DNA of 32,000 nucleotides from an uncultured Nitrososphaerota archaeon (lineage in GTDB: Archaea > Korarchaeota > Korarchaeia > Korarchaeales > Korarchaeaceae). Numbering within the stretch: position 1 is the stretch's first letter; each line of letters begins with the position of its first letter. The notes beneath the pieces were generated by a model that made no database searches, was not told the DNA's origin, and saw nothing but the letters and a program-made list of their open reading frames with translations. The DNA is taken from NCBI GenBank assembly GCA_964480775.1, contig CAYZRF010000004.1, positions 56,816-88,815 of the forward strand, given 5' to 3'. Shown here piece by piece: positions 1-9,188 of the stretch. The translations under genes and the position numbers were made by a program.

Positions 1-637
1 TGTCGCAGAACGTCTCATAAGGCGATCGAACGTCTTTAATGAATTCCATAAGATGCGATCCTATGGAATACTCGCAGGAATTCATCTCAAAATTCACCAC
101 AACTATGAACTTACCTTCTCTCCTCCAAAACTCAACCTTCCGAATTTTCCTCCAAACGGATCCCTCCATGATAGAGGTTTCTATCAAATTGGCTAGGAAA
201 TCCTCGATTCTCCCCTTTTTTACGCTTAAGCGTATTCCTAAAGCCTTCAAAAATCTGTTAAAACTTCTAATCGTTCTGAACCATGGCAGTTCTAGGGGTA
301 GTTCCGCTAGAAAACTCGATTTGTCGTTTTTAACTTCCAAGGATATTTCTGCAAGCGTATCGGTGTACGGAACGGTTGGGTCTCGGTCATATATCCAGAT
401 CATGAGATAAGGTCTCTCCTTTCCAGCTGTAGCGGCTCTTATTGCATTGATTAGGATCCACAGGTCCCTGTTTGCTTCTTCTAGCGGGACTCCGAAGTCT
501 TCGTTCACGTTAAGGTCATACCTTATTAGGGCTCTTTCGCCCTCCCTGAATATCCAAACTCTCCTCAGGAGAGGGTCCTCCTCCAACCTGTACCTAAAAA
601 TAGCTTCTTTGAGAAGATCCAACATACTTGATGACAT
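1..637 (-). CDS. Hypothetical protein, N-terminal 212 codons only (ORF runs off the left edge of the window)
   Basis: My own minus-strand translation starts at ATG 637-635 (MSSSMLDLLKEAIFRYRLEEDPLLRRVWIFREGERALIRYDL...). I checked every codon down to position 1 and found no stop. It is absent from the supplied track because no stop lies in the window. No family recognised. Confidence 0.6.
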   Translation of the reverse strand, partial: MSSSMLDLLKEAIFRYRLEEDPLLRRVWIFREGERALIRYDLNVNEDFGVPLEEANRDLWILINAIRAATAGKERPYLMIWIYDRDPTVPYTDTLAEISLEVKNDKSSFLAELPLELPWFRTIRSFNRFLKALGIRLSVKKGRIEDFLANLIETSIMEGSVWRKIRKVEFWRREGKFIVVVNFEMNSCEYSIGSHLMEFIKDVRSPYETFCD

Positions 638-746
638 AGTATAGGGGAACGAGCTTCCTTGGCATTTTACGAATGCAGGCCTTATAACCTTTTAGGTCCA
701 GATGCGTGCAGGTTCCTTGATTTATCATAGTACACTCAGATATAAT

Positions 747-1307
747 TCAGGGTCTCTCTAAGAGGAGCGCACAAAGCGCCTCGTCATGAAACTCTTGATC
801 TCTTCTATACCGCTTAGCCCTGATCCCTTCCAGCCTAAACCCCACTTTCTCGAGTAAGCGTCTCATCGCAATGTTACTTCCCAGAGTGTCCGCTTCCAAC
901 CTCAAAAACCCCTGTTTTTTGGCAAGAGAAATGCAAGCTTTAAGCAGCTTAGTTCCAATACCCCTCCTCCAAAACTCAGGACGTACTACTATCCCAATCT
1001 CTCCTACGTGATGTAATTCTCCAGCTTCACCCTTGAGTCTACGAATTCCTACGAAACCAACGACTTTTCCCTGAACTTTTGCAACGAGAAGTTCATCCTC
1101 TGTCTGAGGAAGCCTCTCAATGGCCTCTTTGAAGGCCAGGTATGCTTTTTCAACATCTCCTTCAAAGGTAAGAATGTCCCATTTAGCAACCTCTGGATGC
1201 ACTTCTATCTCAGCAAGCATGTGGATGTCGTCGCTGGATGGGCGTATTTCTTTTGCGTTGATTATCTCCAGCTTAAGAGGTCTCTCCCCTAACTCACTCA
1301 TCTTCAT
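747..1307 (-). CDS. GNAT-family N-acetyltransferase
   Basis: 186 aa. Acetyl-CoA binding motif RRGIGTKLL (R/Q-x-x-G-x-G/A) followed by the typical C-terminal beta-strand region, at GNAT length. Confidence 0.8.
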   Translation of the reverse strand: MKMSELGERPLKLEIINAKEIRPSSDDIHMLAEIEVHPEVAKWDILTFEGDVEKAYLAFKEAIERLPQTEDELLVAKVQGKVVGFVGIRRLKGEAGELHHVGEIGIVVRPEFWRRGIGTKLLKACISLAKKQGFLRLEADTLGSNIAMRRLLEKVGFRLEGIRAKRYRRDQEFHDEALCALLLERP

Positions 1308-1431
1308 TTTAAGTGATCCAGAGCTCTTTAAATGATTGCAATTTAGCGAGAAAGCGTTATAAAACTAAAGTTGAAGTCACGGGCTTGAGTTCATAATATG
1401 TTTAAATATATGTTCAAACATAACCGTCAAA

Positions 1432-1644
1432 ATGCCAAAGACAATCACCATAAGGGACGAGGTATACGATAAGTTGCTAAAGGTGAAAAGAGAAGGCGAA
1501 AGCTTTAGTGAGCTCTTTGAAAGGCTTATCGAGGGCATGAATCCCCTAGAAACCCTGAAAAAGCTCAGGGGCTGCGTCGAGTTTAGGGGCAAGGGAGAGA
1601 TGCTTTCAGAAATCTACGCCAGAAGAGAGGAGAGGAGGCTATGA
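1432..1644 (+). CDS. vapB: VapB-type antitoxin (small antitoxin upstream of a PIN toxin)
   Basis: 70 aa. N-terminus MPKTITIRDEVYDKLLKVKREGESFSELFERLI is typical of archaeal antitoxins paired with PIN toxins. Its stop overlaps the next ATG (ATGA). Confidence 0.75.
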   Translation: MPKTITIRDEVYDKLLKVKREGESFSELFERLIEGMNPLETLKKLRGCVEFRGKGEMLSEIYARREERRL

Positions 1645-2021
1645 TAGTCATCGATACCGACGTTCTAATCGAGATTTTTGATAAAAAGTCCGATAAAGGG
1701 GATGAAGCCCTCAACAAAATCGTTAGCAGCGGTCAGGACATAGCTATAACCTCGATAAACCTTCATGAGATCCTTTATGGCCTTTACAAGTATGCAAAGC
1801 CCATTAGAGACGTTCTTCTGCTGCCAGTAATTGACTTCACCAAGAAAGATGCAAGCTTGTCTGCAGAAATAGAGGTTAAGTCTGAGAGAGCCGGGAAACC
1901 CGTTCGTAGAACTGATGCCATGATAGCTGCCATCGTCATAAACAGAGGAGCATCCCTTTACACATTCGATTCAAGGCATTTTGAGCCCTTAAAGTCCTTT
2001 GGTCTCAAACTCTTTTCTTAA
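1641..2021 (+). CDS. vapC: PIN-domain ribonuclease toxin VapC
   Basis: 126 aa. N-terminal MIVIDTDVLIE carries the first acidic PIN residue, with further conserved acidic positions (E in HEILYG, D in RRTDAMIAA). 4-nt overlap with vapB. Confidence 0.8.
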   Translation: MIVIDTDVLIEIFDKKSDKGDEALNKIVSSGQDIAITSINLHEILYGLYKYAKPIRDVLLLPVIDFTKKDASLSAEIEVKSERAGKPVRRTDAMIAAIVINRGASLYTFDSRHFEPLKSFGLKLFS

Positions 2022-2263
2022 TTGGATTTCATGAAAAAACCGTGCTAATCTGGATAGAATAAAACTGGAAGATTTGCTGGCTAATGCTTTTTTCTATGTC
2101 AAACATGTCAGCTATTGATGGATGTAGCTTTGGGGAGCCTACGGAGACCTTGGCTACGACGGGTTGAATGGTAAAAGAGCTAGAGAAGCGATTGAAGCTA
2201 TGGAGAAGATAATAAATGAAATTGATAGGAATACCGGAATTAGACTTAAATCAGAAGGAAAAG

Positions 2264-2443
2264 ATGAGGGTGATTTATCGTTTGTACGGTAAAGGAAGAG
2301 TGGAAGGAATGGTTTAAAGGAATGGAGGTAAAAGGCTTGGAAATGGATGTTTTATAATTCCTGTAGAGAGCCTGAACGAGCTCTTGAATTTCTTAAAGTG
2401 CAATGGCGTTGAATTCGAGGTAAATAAGGTGTACGCTCAATAG
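2264..2443 (+). pseudogene. Possible decayed small gene (59-codon frame interrupted by one in-frame TAA at 2315-2317)
   Basis: Frame from ATG 2264 reads MRVIYRLYGKGRVEGMV, then a stop, then RNGGKRLGNGCFIIPVESLNELLNFLKCNGVEFEVNKVYAQ and a final stop. There is no start codon after the internal stop. No family recognised. Confidence 0.25.
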
Positions 2444-2567
2444 CTAGGTTACATTGAAATCGGAAAACCCTATAACAAAATCAGAAGTAACCATGATACG
2501 ACCCCCTTATAGCCAGAAAAAAGCGAACGATCTACGTAGCAGGTTGGATGCAAGAAAAGAGGCTGGG

Positions 2568-5183
2568 TTAAAGCCTTGAAAAAAGCTTACCCAGCCACGA
2601 AGTTGATGTTTTAGCCCCCAAAGCCATAGCCGACAGTGCAAGGACCGAGGTTGATGCCATCGCTAGTGCGCTACTTCCAAGCATGTAAGAAGCGAGTACT
2701 AGCGCCAGGGATGAGGTAACACTAAGGAGAACGATCCTAAGTGACCTACGGCCCTTGAGTCTTTCATCTATTCTTCCGAGCATATACAGCACAGGTGACA
2801 TGTATATGACCCCGAGAATCGCGCAGCTAACCACCTCCATCAGCAAGAAACCGACTTCGATGTTAGCCTTGGCCAAGGGTTCAAACAGCCTTTGGCATAT
2901 CCTTAGAGTGTAGATTATCGGATACAGGAATGCTCTCATAAACGTCCTTAGACCCTTATTTTCCTCTATGGCTGATGCCACGGCGGGACTCCAAGAGTAG
3001 TAGAACTTATTGAAGGCACGCATGAAGGACCTGCCGAGAAAGCTTCTCATGACGATGTTGTCTCTGAACCCTCTCAGGAGCTGAACCTCATCAGACAGCT
3101 CGCTACCGTAGGTTGTGGTTGCAACAACGCATTTACCATGTTCGCTAATTACTATTGTTGCGGTTGCTGAACTTGATGCTCCCCCGCCTTCTCCTTTGAT
3201 GAAGAAGGTATAGGTTCCTGGTGTACTACCAGCTTTCACGTTTAGAGTGGAGATTCCGGTTGGTAAGATGGATGACTGATCGAAGCTCCAGGTGAAATCA
3301 GATGGAAGCCCCTCGACACTTAGATGCACGGTCTCAGCGGTTCCAGAGGTAAGCTCCACCTCCACCTTAAACGAGATGGTTCCTCCGGGTCCTACGTTTG
3401 CTTTCGGAGGCTTGACGCTCAGCACGAAGTTAAATGAGGAAGGAGTGGGAGAAGGAGAGGGCGATGGAGTTGGCGACGGGGTGGGCGAAGGCGTAGGAGA
3501 AGGAGAGGATGGTGTAGATGGAGGTGCGGGTGGTGGAGGAGCAGGATTTATGATCAGGGTCGCGGTGTCGCTGTGGGTCTTTCCTCCTCCACTGGCTGTG
3601 ACCGTAAACACAAAAGTTCCGGTCGTTTCCCCTGTACTGATCACGAGAGAGTAGGTGTAGGTGCCAACAGGGTTCAGCTGGTACGTTACATCCCCGGGCA
3701 GTCCTGAAACCGTTAGGCTAAGGGTTCCTGAGAAACCTCCTGTCGGAGTTATTGAAACTGTGTAGGATGCCTGTTTGCCTGCTTCCACGCTATTTTCTCC
3801 AGGAGATATACCTATGAGGAAATCTGGCTCCTCTGGCATGGCTATTGCGAAGGGACCTGCTCTATCCGTGTCGTATATGTCTAAAAACATGCCAAAGCAA
3901 TTGCTTATCACCTTAACCTCGATCAGACAATTGCTTGACTCTATCTCCGGAACCTCCCAGTCGTAACTCATCGTTCCGCCGGTGTTATCTATGCAGTCTA
4001 TCTTCGTCCAAGAAAATCCGCCATCGAAAGAGAATCTTATTTCAACCTTATTGCCTGGAGCCGAGGTCTCCCACCTTATCCTATACGTTTCGCCAGCTGT
4101 TATGGTTTCTCCTGTCACTGGCGCTATAAGGTGTATCTCATACTCTGTGGTGATCTTGAAAGTTCCAGCGCTCACATCCGTACAGTACTCTTCGGACGGA
4201 GTTCCGCAGCTTGACTTCCAAACAGCCTTTATCTTGCAAATGGAGGAGTCCTCTGTGGGAACCGTCCAATCGTATGAGCCGCTTGTAGATGGGTTCGGGA
4301 CGCAATCTATGAGATGATAGCTGGCTCCCCCGTCAACCGAGTAATACAGCTCGACAAATCCTCCTGGTTCCGATGTCAACCATCTTATTGTGAAGGTTTC
4401 ACCAGCCTTTAGGCTCTCTCCCCCGCTTGGATCCGTCAATGAGATCTTCATGTAATAAACCACGACGCGCGGTCGATCATCCCCTGAACAACATGGCACG
4501 CTTCCTCCTTCTCTAGATAGGAAATTTGCCCTGCAAGGATCTTCAGAAAGGAGCATCAAGCCGTAGTTCTCGTGATCGCCGTTGACAACTCCTTGCACGA
4601 ACTCAGTTATGTCCCAATCCACAAGCGAACAAGAGCTATCACTTACCGTCGTGCTTGCCGTTGGGTTGACGTGATCTCCTCCCTCATGCAGCCAATCTAG
4701 CGTACAGGTCCTCCTCCTCCAGGTCACGCAGTTCTCAGTAAAACCCCTAGGAAGCCTTTTTGCGCGTATTGTCATTGTGCCCCCAGTAGGATTAAACGAT
4801 TGTAGCCTTAGATAGAGCGTTGCCTCTATTACCTTTGCTCCGGCTGGAATAGAGCCTAAGGGAAAGTAGAGAACCGCTCTATATGTATCTCCACTGTATT
4901 TTCCAACGTGTAGATACCCATCAGATCCATAGTTGGTGTCCGGAGTTACGTCAGTAATAAAAGCGTCCTCCGTGGCGTATATCGTTTGCATTCCCATATC
5001 CATCATAGTTTGCATTCCTGAGTCCCTCCCCGAATCCTCAAACCCTGTTCCCATGCTTGATGTCAAATCTATGGTGTATTTGGCGCTTGCGGAGGATGAG
5101 AGAATGTCATATGTCCCATGCACGCTTCCGACTATGGTGGCGGCCAACAAAATTACTAGGAAGAAGGCTAACCTGCTGGACAT
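2568..5183 (-). CDS. Large secreted, membrane-anchored surface protein. It has a signal peptide, a DNRLRE-like domain, two pairs of beta-sandwich repeats, a Pro/Ser/Thr linker, a C-terminal Cys-box module and TM helices.
   Basis: 871 aa. The N-terminus is hydrophobic (MSSRLAFFLVILLAATIVGSVHG). Residues about 70-245 follow the DNRLRE-domain pattern (TNYGSDGYLHVG...YRAVLYFPL...AKVIEATLYLRL...VTW...NYGLML). Tandem homologous domains lie at about aa 246-326 and 349-429 (GE(S/T)..AGET..IRW.TS.PG..VE...S.DGG.S....DC......G..SYDW.VP...S..C.I). A second domain pair lies at about aa 455-546 and 584-680. The PT-rich linker is aa 547-583. CVVATTTYGSELSDEVQLLRGFRDN is followed by several hydrophobic helices. 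Confidence 0.8.
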   Translation of the reverse strand: MSSRLAFFLVILLAATIVGSVHGTYDILSSSASAKYTIDLTSSMGTGFEDSGRDSGMQTMMDMGMQTIYATEDAFITDVTPDTNYGSDGYLHVGKYSGDTYRAVLYFPLGSIPAGAKVIEATLYLRLQSFNPTGGTMTIRAKRLPRGFTENCVTWRRRTCTLDWLHEGGDHVNPTASTTVSDSSCSLVDWDITEFVQGVVNGDHENYGLMLLSEDPCRANFLSREGGSVPCCSGDDRPRVVVYYMKISLTDPSGGESLKAGETFTIRWLTSEPGGFVELYYSVDGGASYHLIDCVPNPSTSGSYDWTVPTEDSSICKIKAVWKSSCGTPSEEYCTDVSAGTFKITTEYEIHLIAPVTGETITAGETYRIRWETSAPGNKVEIRFSFDGGFSWTKIDCIDNTGGTMSYDWEVPEIESSNCLIEVKVISNCFGMFLDIYDTDRAGPFAIAMPEEPDFLIGISPGENSVEAGKQASYTVSITPTGGFSGTLSLTVSGLPGDVTYQLNPVGTYTYSLVISTGETTGTFVFTVTASGGGKTHSDTATLIINPAPPPPAPPSTPSSPSPTPSPTPSPTPSPSPSPTPSSFNFVLSVKPPKANVGPGGTISFKVEVELTSGTAETVHLSVEGLPSDFTWSFDQSSILPTGISTLNVKAGSTPGTYTFFIKGEGGGASSSATATIVISEHGKCVVATTTYGSELSDEVQLLRGFRDNIVMRSFLGRSFMRAFNKFYYSWSPAVASAIEENKGLRTFMRAFLYPIIYTLRICQRLFEPLAKANIEVGFLLMEVVSCAILGVIYMSPVLYMLGRIDERLKGRRSLRIVLLSVTSSLALVLASYMLGSSALAMASTSVLALSAMALGAKTSTSWLGKLFSRL
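3435..3545 (-). repeat. Low-complexity coding repeat (SPTP/SPSP Pro-Ser-Thr linker) inside the surface protein gene
   Basis: Encodes PAPPPPAPPSTPSSPSPTPSPTPSPTPSPSPSPTPSS. On the plus strand it appears as imperfect GGNGAN-type short-period repeats. Confidence 0.85.
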
Positions 5184-5380
5184 TAAGGAAAGCCTCTTTA
5201 CGAGAAAATGACGCTAGAACATATAAAAAATTCTATTCTTTAGTCCCGTCGTCTTTAAAAAACAAGAAAATCCAAATTCCTACCTTTTTGCGGGTTTCTA
5301 CTCCTCAAGAGGCTATAGGAGTACTTTCTTCGGGTGAGAACCTCTCTCTTTAACCAAAAATAAGAAGATAAGAGACGCGA

Positions 5381-5647
5381 TTAATCTCTTATCCTTTCCA
5401 AGATGCCTACTGTGAGTAGAATTTGGCTTCTCGTTGGGAACGGCATGTTTATGTCGTTTATTATCTCATTAAGTATTGATATAGCCTTGCTGGCCCTAAC
5501 CCCATAACTCTGATCCTCGTCTCTAAGGGCGTCTATCGCCTCTGTAGCTGCTCTCCTAATGTTCTTGGGGACTCCTCTATCCTGAGAAATTCTATCTAAA
5601 ATTTGGACAGCCCTCTCAATCTCTGAAGCATATTCTTGCTTTCTCAT
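5381..5647 (-). CDS. UPF0147-family small helical protein
   Basis: 88 aa. The pattern VPKNIRRAATEAIDAL...VRASKAISILNEI.NDINMP matches my recall of the archaeal UPF0147 family. A strong SD (GGAGGTGAT) lies upstream of the ATG. Confidence 0.6.
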   Translation of the reverse strand: MRKQEYASEIERAVQILDRISQDRGVPKNIRRAATEAIDALRDEDQSYGVRASKAISILNEIINDINMPFPTRSQILLTVGILERIRD

Positions 5648-5995
5648 GATATCACCTCCCAGTTTATGGGAATGGTGTTAACAAGCCATCTTAGCACACC
5701 GACTTCTGCCTTTAAAATCTTATTTTACTACGTGGTTCGCCCACGACATAACTTATTATTAATTGAGAGAAATCCATCGGTCTTTATTTGTACGATACCC
5801 GTCTTTCCTTAATCCGATATTGAAGTTCTCGAAGCAAGCATACCTGCATTAGAGAATCTTGATGATTCTTGGCTTCTTCCTTTCCCTATACATTTTACAC
5901 CTATCGGATATATTGTATGAACCATTTAGACTAAACCAATGGTCGTTACTAAGTAGATTATAAATTCCCAAGGAAGCCAATATATGGGGTAGCCG

Positions 5996-6367
5996 TTGGC
6001 CGATTTACCGCTAGAAGAGAAATCTAGAAGGATTTCTGAAGCCCTAAAGAGAGGCTGGAAGATGCTCAGTGAGGTGTGTCCGAAATGCGGGGCCCCTTTG
6101 TTTCAGACAAACGATGAAACGGTCTGCCCAGTCTGCAACTCCAGGTACATTTTGGTCAAGTCGGACGAAGAGGCAGCTGAGGAATTATTGAGGCTAAAAC
6201 TATTCGAACTCAAGAATTTGCTATCTTCCAAGGTAGAAGGGATTACAAGGGAGATATCTGAGATCGAGAATTATCAAGAACTCACGATCCTTGTAAATCT
6301 GCTAAATGGCCTCTTAGATGCGATTCGCAAGATCAAGAGGATAACAGAGAAAGAAGGAACGAAGTAA
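5996..6367 (+). CDS. Zinc-ribbon protein of the Sjogren autoantigen p27 / UPF0148-like family
   Basis: 123 aa. LKRGWKMLSEVCPKCGAPLFQ..DETVCPVCNS gives a CPxC...CPxC zinc ribbon after a helical N-terminus, followed by a coiled C-terminus. The start is TTG at 5996. A TATA-like TATAAATT lies at 5958-5965. Confidence 0.6.
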   Translation: MADLPLEEKSRRISEALKRGWKMLSEVCPKCGAPLFQTNDETVCPVCNSRYILVKSDEEAAEELLRLKLFELKNLLSSKVEGITREISEIENYQELTILVNLLNGLLDAIRKIKRITEKEGTK

Positions 6368-6377
6368 CAGTCAATTT

Positions 6378-6833
6378 CTACTTCATAATTCCTGTTCCTA
6401 ATAGCAGCATTCGTAAAACAGCCCCCGGTGGGGTTCTGAACAGGCCTTGCCATGGAGTTAGTTCAAATAAAAAAGCACCTTTTTTGTTTGTAAGCGTGAA
6501 AACGTACACATCGTCAGCCAACCTTATCCTCCTTTTGTTTTCTCCTTGGTAGTGGTAAGAGAACGTGAGCAAGAAATCTGCCGAGACCCTGTCTCCAATG
6601 ATGAATTCTACCAACATCCTGGCAATTGTTCTGCAATCAATTGGGACATACCCACCTCTATCTCTTATCTTAACAGAAATTCTCCTGTAAACGTGCTGGG
6701 TTTTTCTCTTTGAAGAGATGCTGGTTAGCACAAGTTCAACACAGCCGTCCAGCTTCAACAAGCCAAATAGGAATTTTACGACCCGCTTCTCTTCCTTGCC
6801 GAGGTTAACGCTGTGAACTTCTCTAACACGCAC
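6378..6833 (-). CDS. Hypothetical protein translationally coupled to hef
   Basis: 151 aa, same strand as hef. Its GTG start (6833-6831) shares one nucleotide with the hef TAG stop (6835-6833). The composition looks like a normal beta-rich protein. No family recognised. Confidence 0.5.
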   Translation of the reverse strand: MRVREVHSVNLGKEEKRVVKFLFGLLKLDGCVELVLTSISSKRKTQHVYRRISVKIRDRGGYVPIDCRTIARMLVEFIIGDRVSADFLLTFSYHYQGENKRRIRLADDVYVFTLTNKKGAFLFELTPWQGLFRTPPGAVLRMLLLGTGIMK

Positions 6834-9085
6834 TACTCCTCACCGTATTCTCTTGTGGCAAATTCAACTATTCTCTTAGCTATTTGAGGACCAACTCCCT
6901 CAACCGATTGAAGCTCCTCTTCAGAAGCCGAAAAAACCCGTCTAAGGGTTCCAAATGCGCTTAACAAGTTCCTAGCAATAACAACACCGACCCCTGGAAT
7001 ACCGGTGAGAACCCTCTCCAGCACAGCCCTTTCATCAATTGCTGGAGGATGCTTTATCTCAGGAATTACCCTCTTATCAGATTGCTCCCTTATTGCCATT
7101 AACCTGATTAGTTCAGCGCTTTCCTCTGGGTCTTTTGCCCACAATACGGGCAAACCTCCTGTTACTAGGCTTGCAACCAATCCCATCAAAGAACGCGGGT
7201 TAACGCCCCTCTTGCTCGCTCTGTAAGGTGTTTCCCCCTCAATGAGGAGGATTGGCCTCATATACGTTGCTTTGAGCTTCTTCATCTGATCGAATATCCT
7301 CCCGTCGACTAAGGAGGATGCTAGATCATCTACAGTCTTTCTCTCAATTGCTATCTCATCGCTGACGATGTAATCGCCGATTTCTAATCTAGAAACGCTT
7401 ATTTTTACGTCATTAAAAGACGCTAGCCTCCTAACAACTTCCCCTCCAAGTTCCCTCACATCTACCCTTACAATAACCTCAGGAACCTTTCTCTCGGCTG
7501 AAGGCTTTTCCTGCTCTTCTGCTGAGAACTTATCTAAGGTTGGGTGTCTTTCCCTCTCTTTTACCTCAAAACTCACTTCACGAAGAGCTTTCATGATCTT
7601 TCTCTCCTTGACCACGGTAGACCAGTAGAAAGACTCTTCTTTCTTCCCAGACACCAAGACAACGACTTTTCCTGGTCTGCCTCTGCCAGTCCTGCCCCTT
7701 CTCTGGATGTGCCTTATTACGGAGGGAACCGCATCGTAGAAAACGACCAAATCTACCTCTGGTATGTCTAAACCCTCTTCTCCCACGCTAGTAGCGACTA
7801 AAAGGTCGTACCTTCCAGAAGAAAAATCCTGTAGGATTCTCTTTTGCTCCTCCTGACTCATTCCCTTCAGCTCTTCTCTTCTGCTTTGCCCTATGAATAG
7901 AGAAGCACTTACTCCCGTTTTCTCAGTTAGGTACTCTAAGACTGTCTCAGCGGTTTTCCTATAATTTACGAAGATTATTGCTTTTTTACCATGCTTAATA
8001 CCCTCTTTGTCTATTATAGAGGCCAATTCCTTTAGTTTGGGATGAACGCTCCCTTTTGGGAGCGAAGCCAACCATTTCCACGCCTTGAGAACCCTCCTAT
8101 CCTCTAAAAGGAGCCTATCCGAAGCAACCCTCCTTCGCCTCTTGACGACTTTTTCCAGATACCTCCTGGCTGGCTCAGGACCTTGAGTTTCTAGCAAATC
8201 CATGAAGTAATGGAGCTTTATTAGGGCCGCAACTATAACCGCTGCGAACCTGTCCTCCATGCGGGTTATCGTTTCGGTTCTTAATCGCAGGAGATCCTTG
8301 AGCCTGACGTAGTCCCTTCTTCCCAGTTCAATTATCCCTCTTTCCTTGAGTTTATCCAGTAAATCCTTGTAAAAAGACCGTAATTCATCTAAAATTGACT
8401 TATAATCCTCCGGAAGAGGGGCTCTGACCCAATCTATCTTGAGTTCGGCCACATACCTTCTGACGTCTGGGCTTCTCCTGGATCTGACTTCGACGTGCTT
8501 TATGTGAAGGTTGTTTATTATCTCCAAGATCTTCTCCTTGCTGCTTCCCGGCGATGCTGTCAGTCCTAATATCCTAGGATTTTTTGCTTTATCCGCGTAA
8601 TGTCTAGCTATCAGCGTGTAGGAATAGTCGCCCACCGCTCTGTGAGCCTCGTCAAAGACCAGCAAAACGAAGTCAGAAAGGTCTAACCTTCTAGTAAGAA
8701 TGTCGTTTTCGACTGTTTGAGGCGTAGCTGAAAAAACCCTTCCAGAAGCCCAGAGATCGACCCTCTTATCGGGTGGCACGGCTCCTGTTATCAAAACTAT
8801 CTGATCTTCCTCTATATTCAGCACTTCAGAGAAAAAGCGGTGATGTTGAATCGCAAGAGGTCTAGTAGGGGCCAATATCATGGCCTTTCCATGGGGAAAC
8901 TTCTGTAACCTGTGGGCCATTACCATAGCAGCGATGGAGGTTTTCCCCAGCCCGGTAGGGAGCACTACTAACGTGTTCTCCTCAACGGCTCTGGCTGAAA
9001 TGAACTGTTGATATAGCCTTGCTTCTAGCTTTTTCGGCTTTATTAGCGGGTGCTGTATGAAGTTTTCAAATGACTCATATTCCAT
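6833..9085 (-). CDS. hef: Hef: SF2 helicase fused to an XPF/Mus81-type nuclease with a tandem HhH
   Basis: 750 aa. Walker A TGLGKT, DEAH box VFDEAH and helicase motif VI HIQRRGRTGRG. The C-terminal nuclease motif is GDYIVSDEIAIERKTVDDL (GDx(n)ERKxxxD). The HhH2 is GIPGVGVVIARNLL...VEGVGPQIAKRI. Confidence 0.9.
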   Translation of the reverse strand: MEYESFENFIQHPLIKPKKLEARLYQQFISARAVEENTLVVLPTGLGKTSIAAMVMAHRLQKFPHGKAMILAPTRPLAIQHHRFFSEVLNIEEDQIVLITGAVPPDKRVDLWASGRVFSATPQTVENDILTRRLDLSDFVLLVFDEAHRAVGDYSYTLIARHYADKAKNPRILGLTASPGSSKEKILEIINNLHIKHVEVRSRRSPDVRRYVAELKIDWVRAPLPEDYKSILDELRSFYKDLLDKLKERGIIELGRRDYVRLKDLLRLRTETITRMEDRFAAVIVAALIKLHYFMDLLETQGPEPARRYLEKVVKRRRRVASDRLLLEDRRVLKAWKWLASLPKGSVHPKLKELASIIDKEGIKHGKKAIIFVNYRKTAETVLEYLTEKTGVSASLFIGQSRREELKGMSQEEQKRILQDFSSGRYDLLVATSVGEEGLDIPEVDLVVFYDAVPSVIRHIQRRGRTGRGRPGKVVVLVSGKKEESFYWSTVVKERKIMKALREVSFEVKERERHPTLDKFSAEEQEKPSAERKVPEVIVRVDVRELGGEVVRRLASFNDVKISVSRLEIGDYIVSDEIAIERKTVDDLASSLVDGRIFDQMKKLKATYMRPILLIEGETPYRASKRGVNPRSLMGLVASLVTGGLPVLWAKDPEESAELIRLMAIREQSDKRVIPEIKHPPAIDERAVLERVLTGIPGVGVVIARNLLSAFGTLRRVFSASEEELQSVEGVGPQIAKRIVEFATREYGEE

Positions 9086-9188
9086 GTGCGAGCTATTCTA
9101 TTTAGCTCTCAGTTCTTTTAAACTGAATCCATGCACTTACTCTCCTTTTAAACAATTATCCATGATAAATGAGCGTTAAAGTCAAAGC

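Noticed and set aside
39-644. Plus-strand track ORFs 39..410 (123 aa) and 447..644 (65 aa)
   Set aside because: Both lie antisense to a continuous 212-codon minus-strand reading frame (1-637) whose sequence looks far more protein-like. The plus-strand products are Ser/Leu/Ile-rich shadow ORFs.
3292-3654. 120-aa plus-strand ORF with a G/E/V-rich repeat
   Set aside because: It is the antisense reading of the Pro/Ser/Thr linker of the surface protein gene, an artefact of low-complexity sequence.
5648-5995. Search for C/D-box sRNA or other ncRNA in the 348-nt intergenic region (TGATGA at about 5863)
   Set aside because: The C-box-like TGATGA has no matching CTGA D box at an appropriate distance and no terminal stem. 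Only a 5-bp hairpin is seen (CGTGG TTCGC CCACG).
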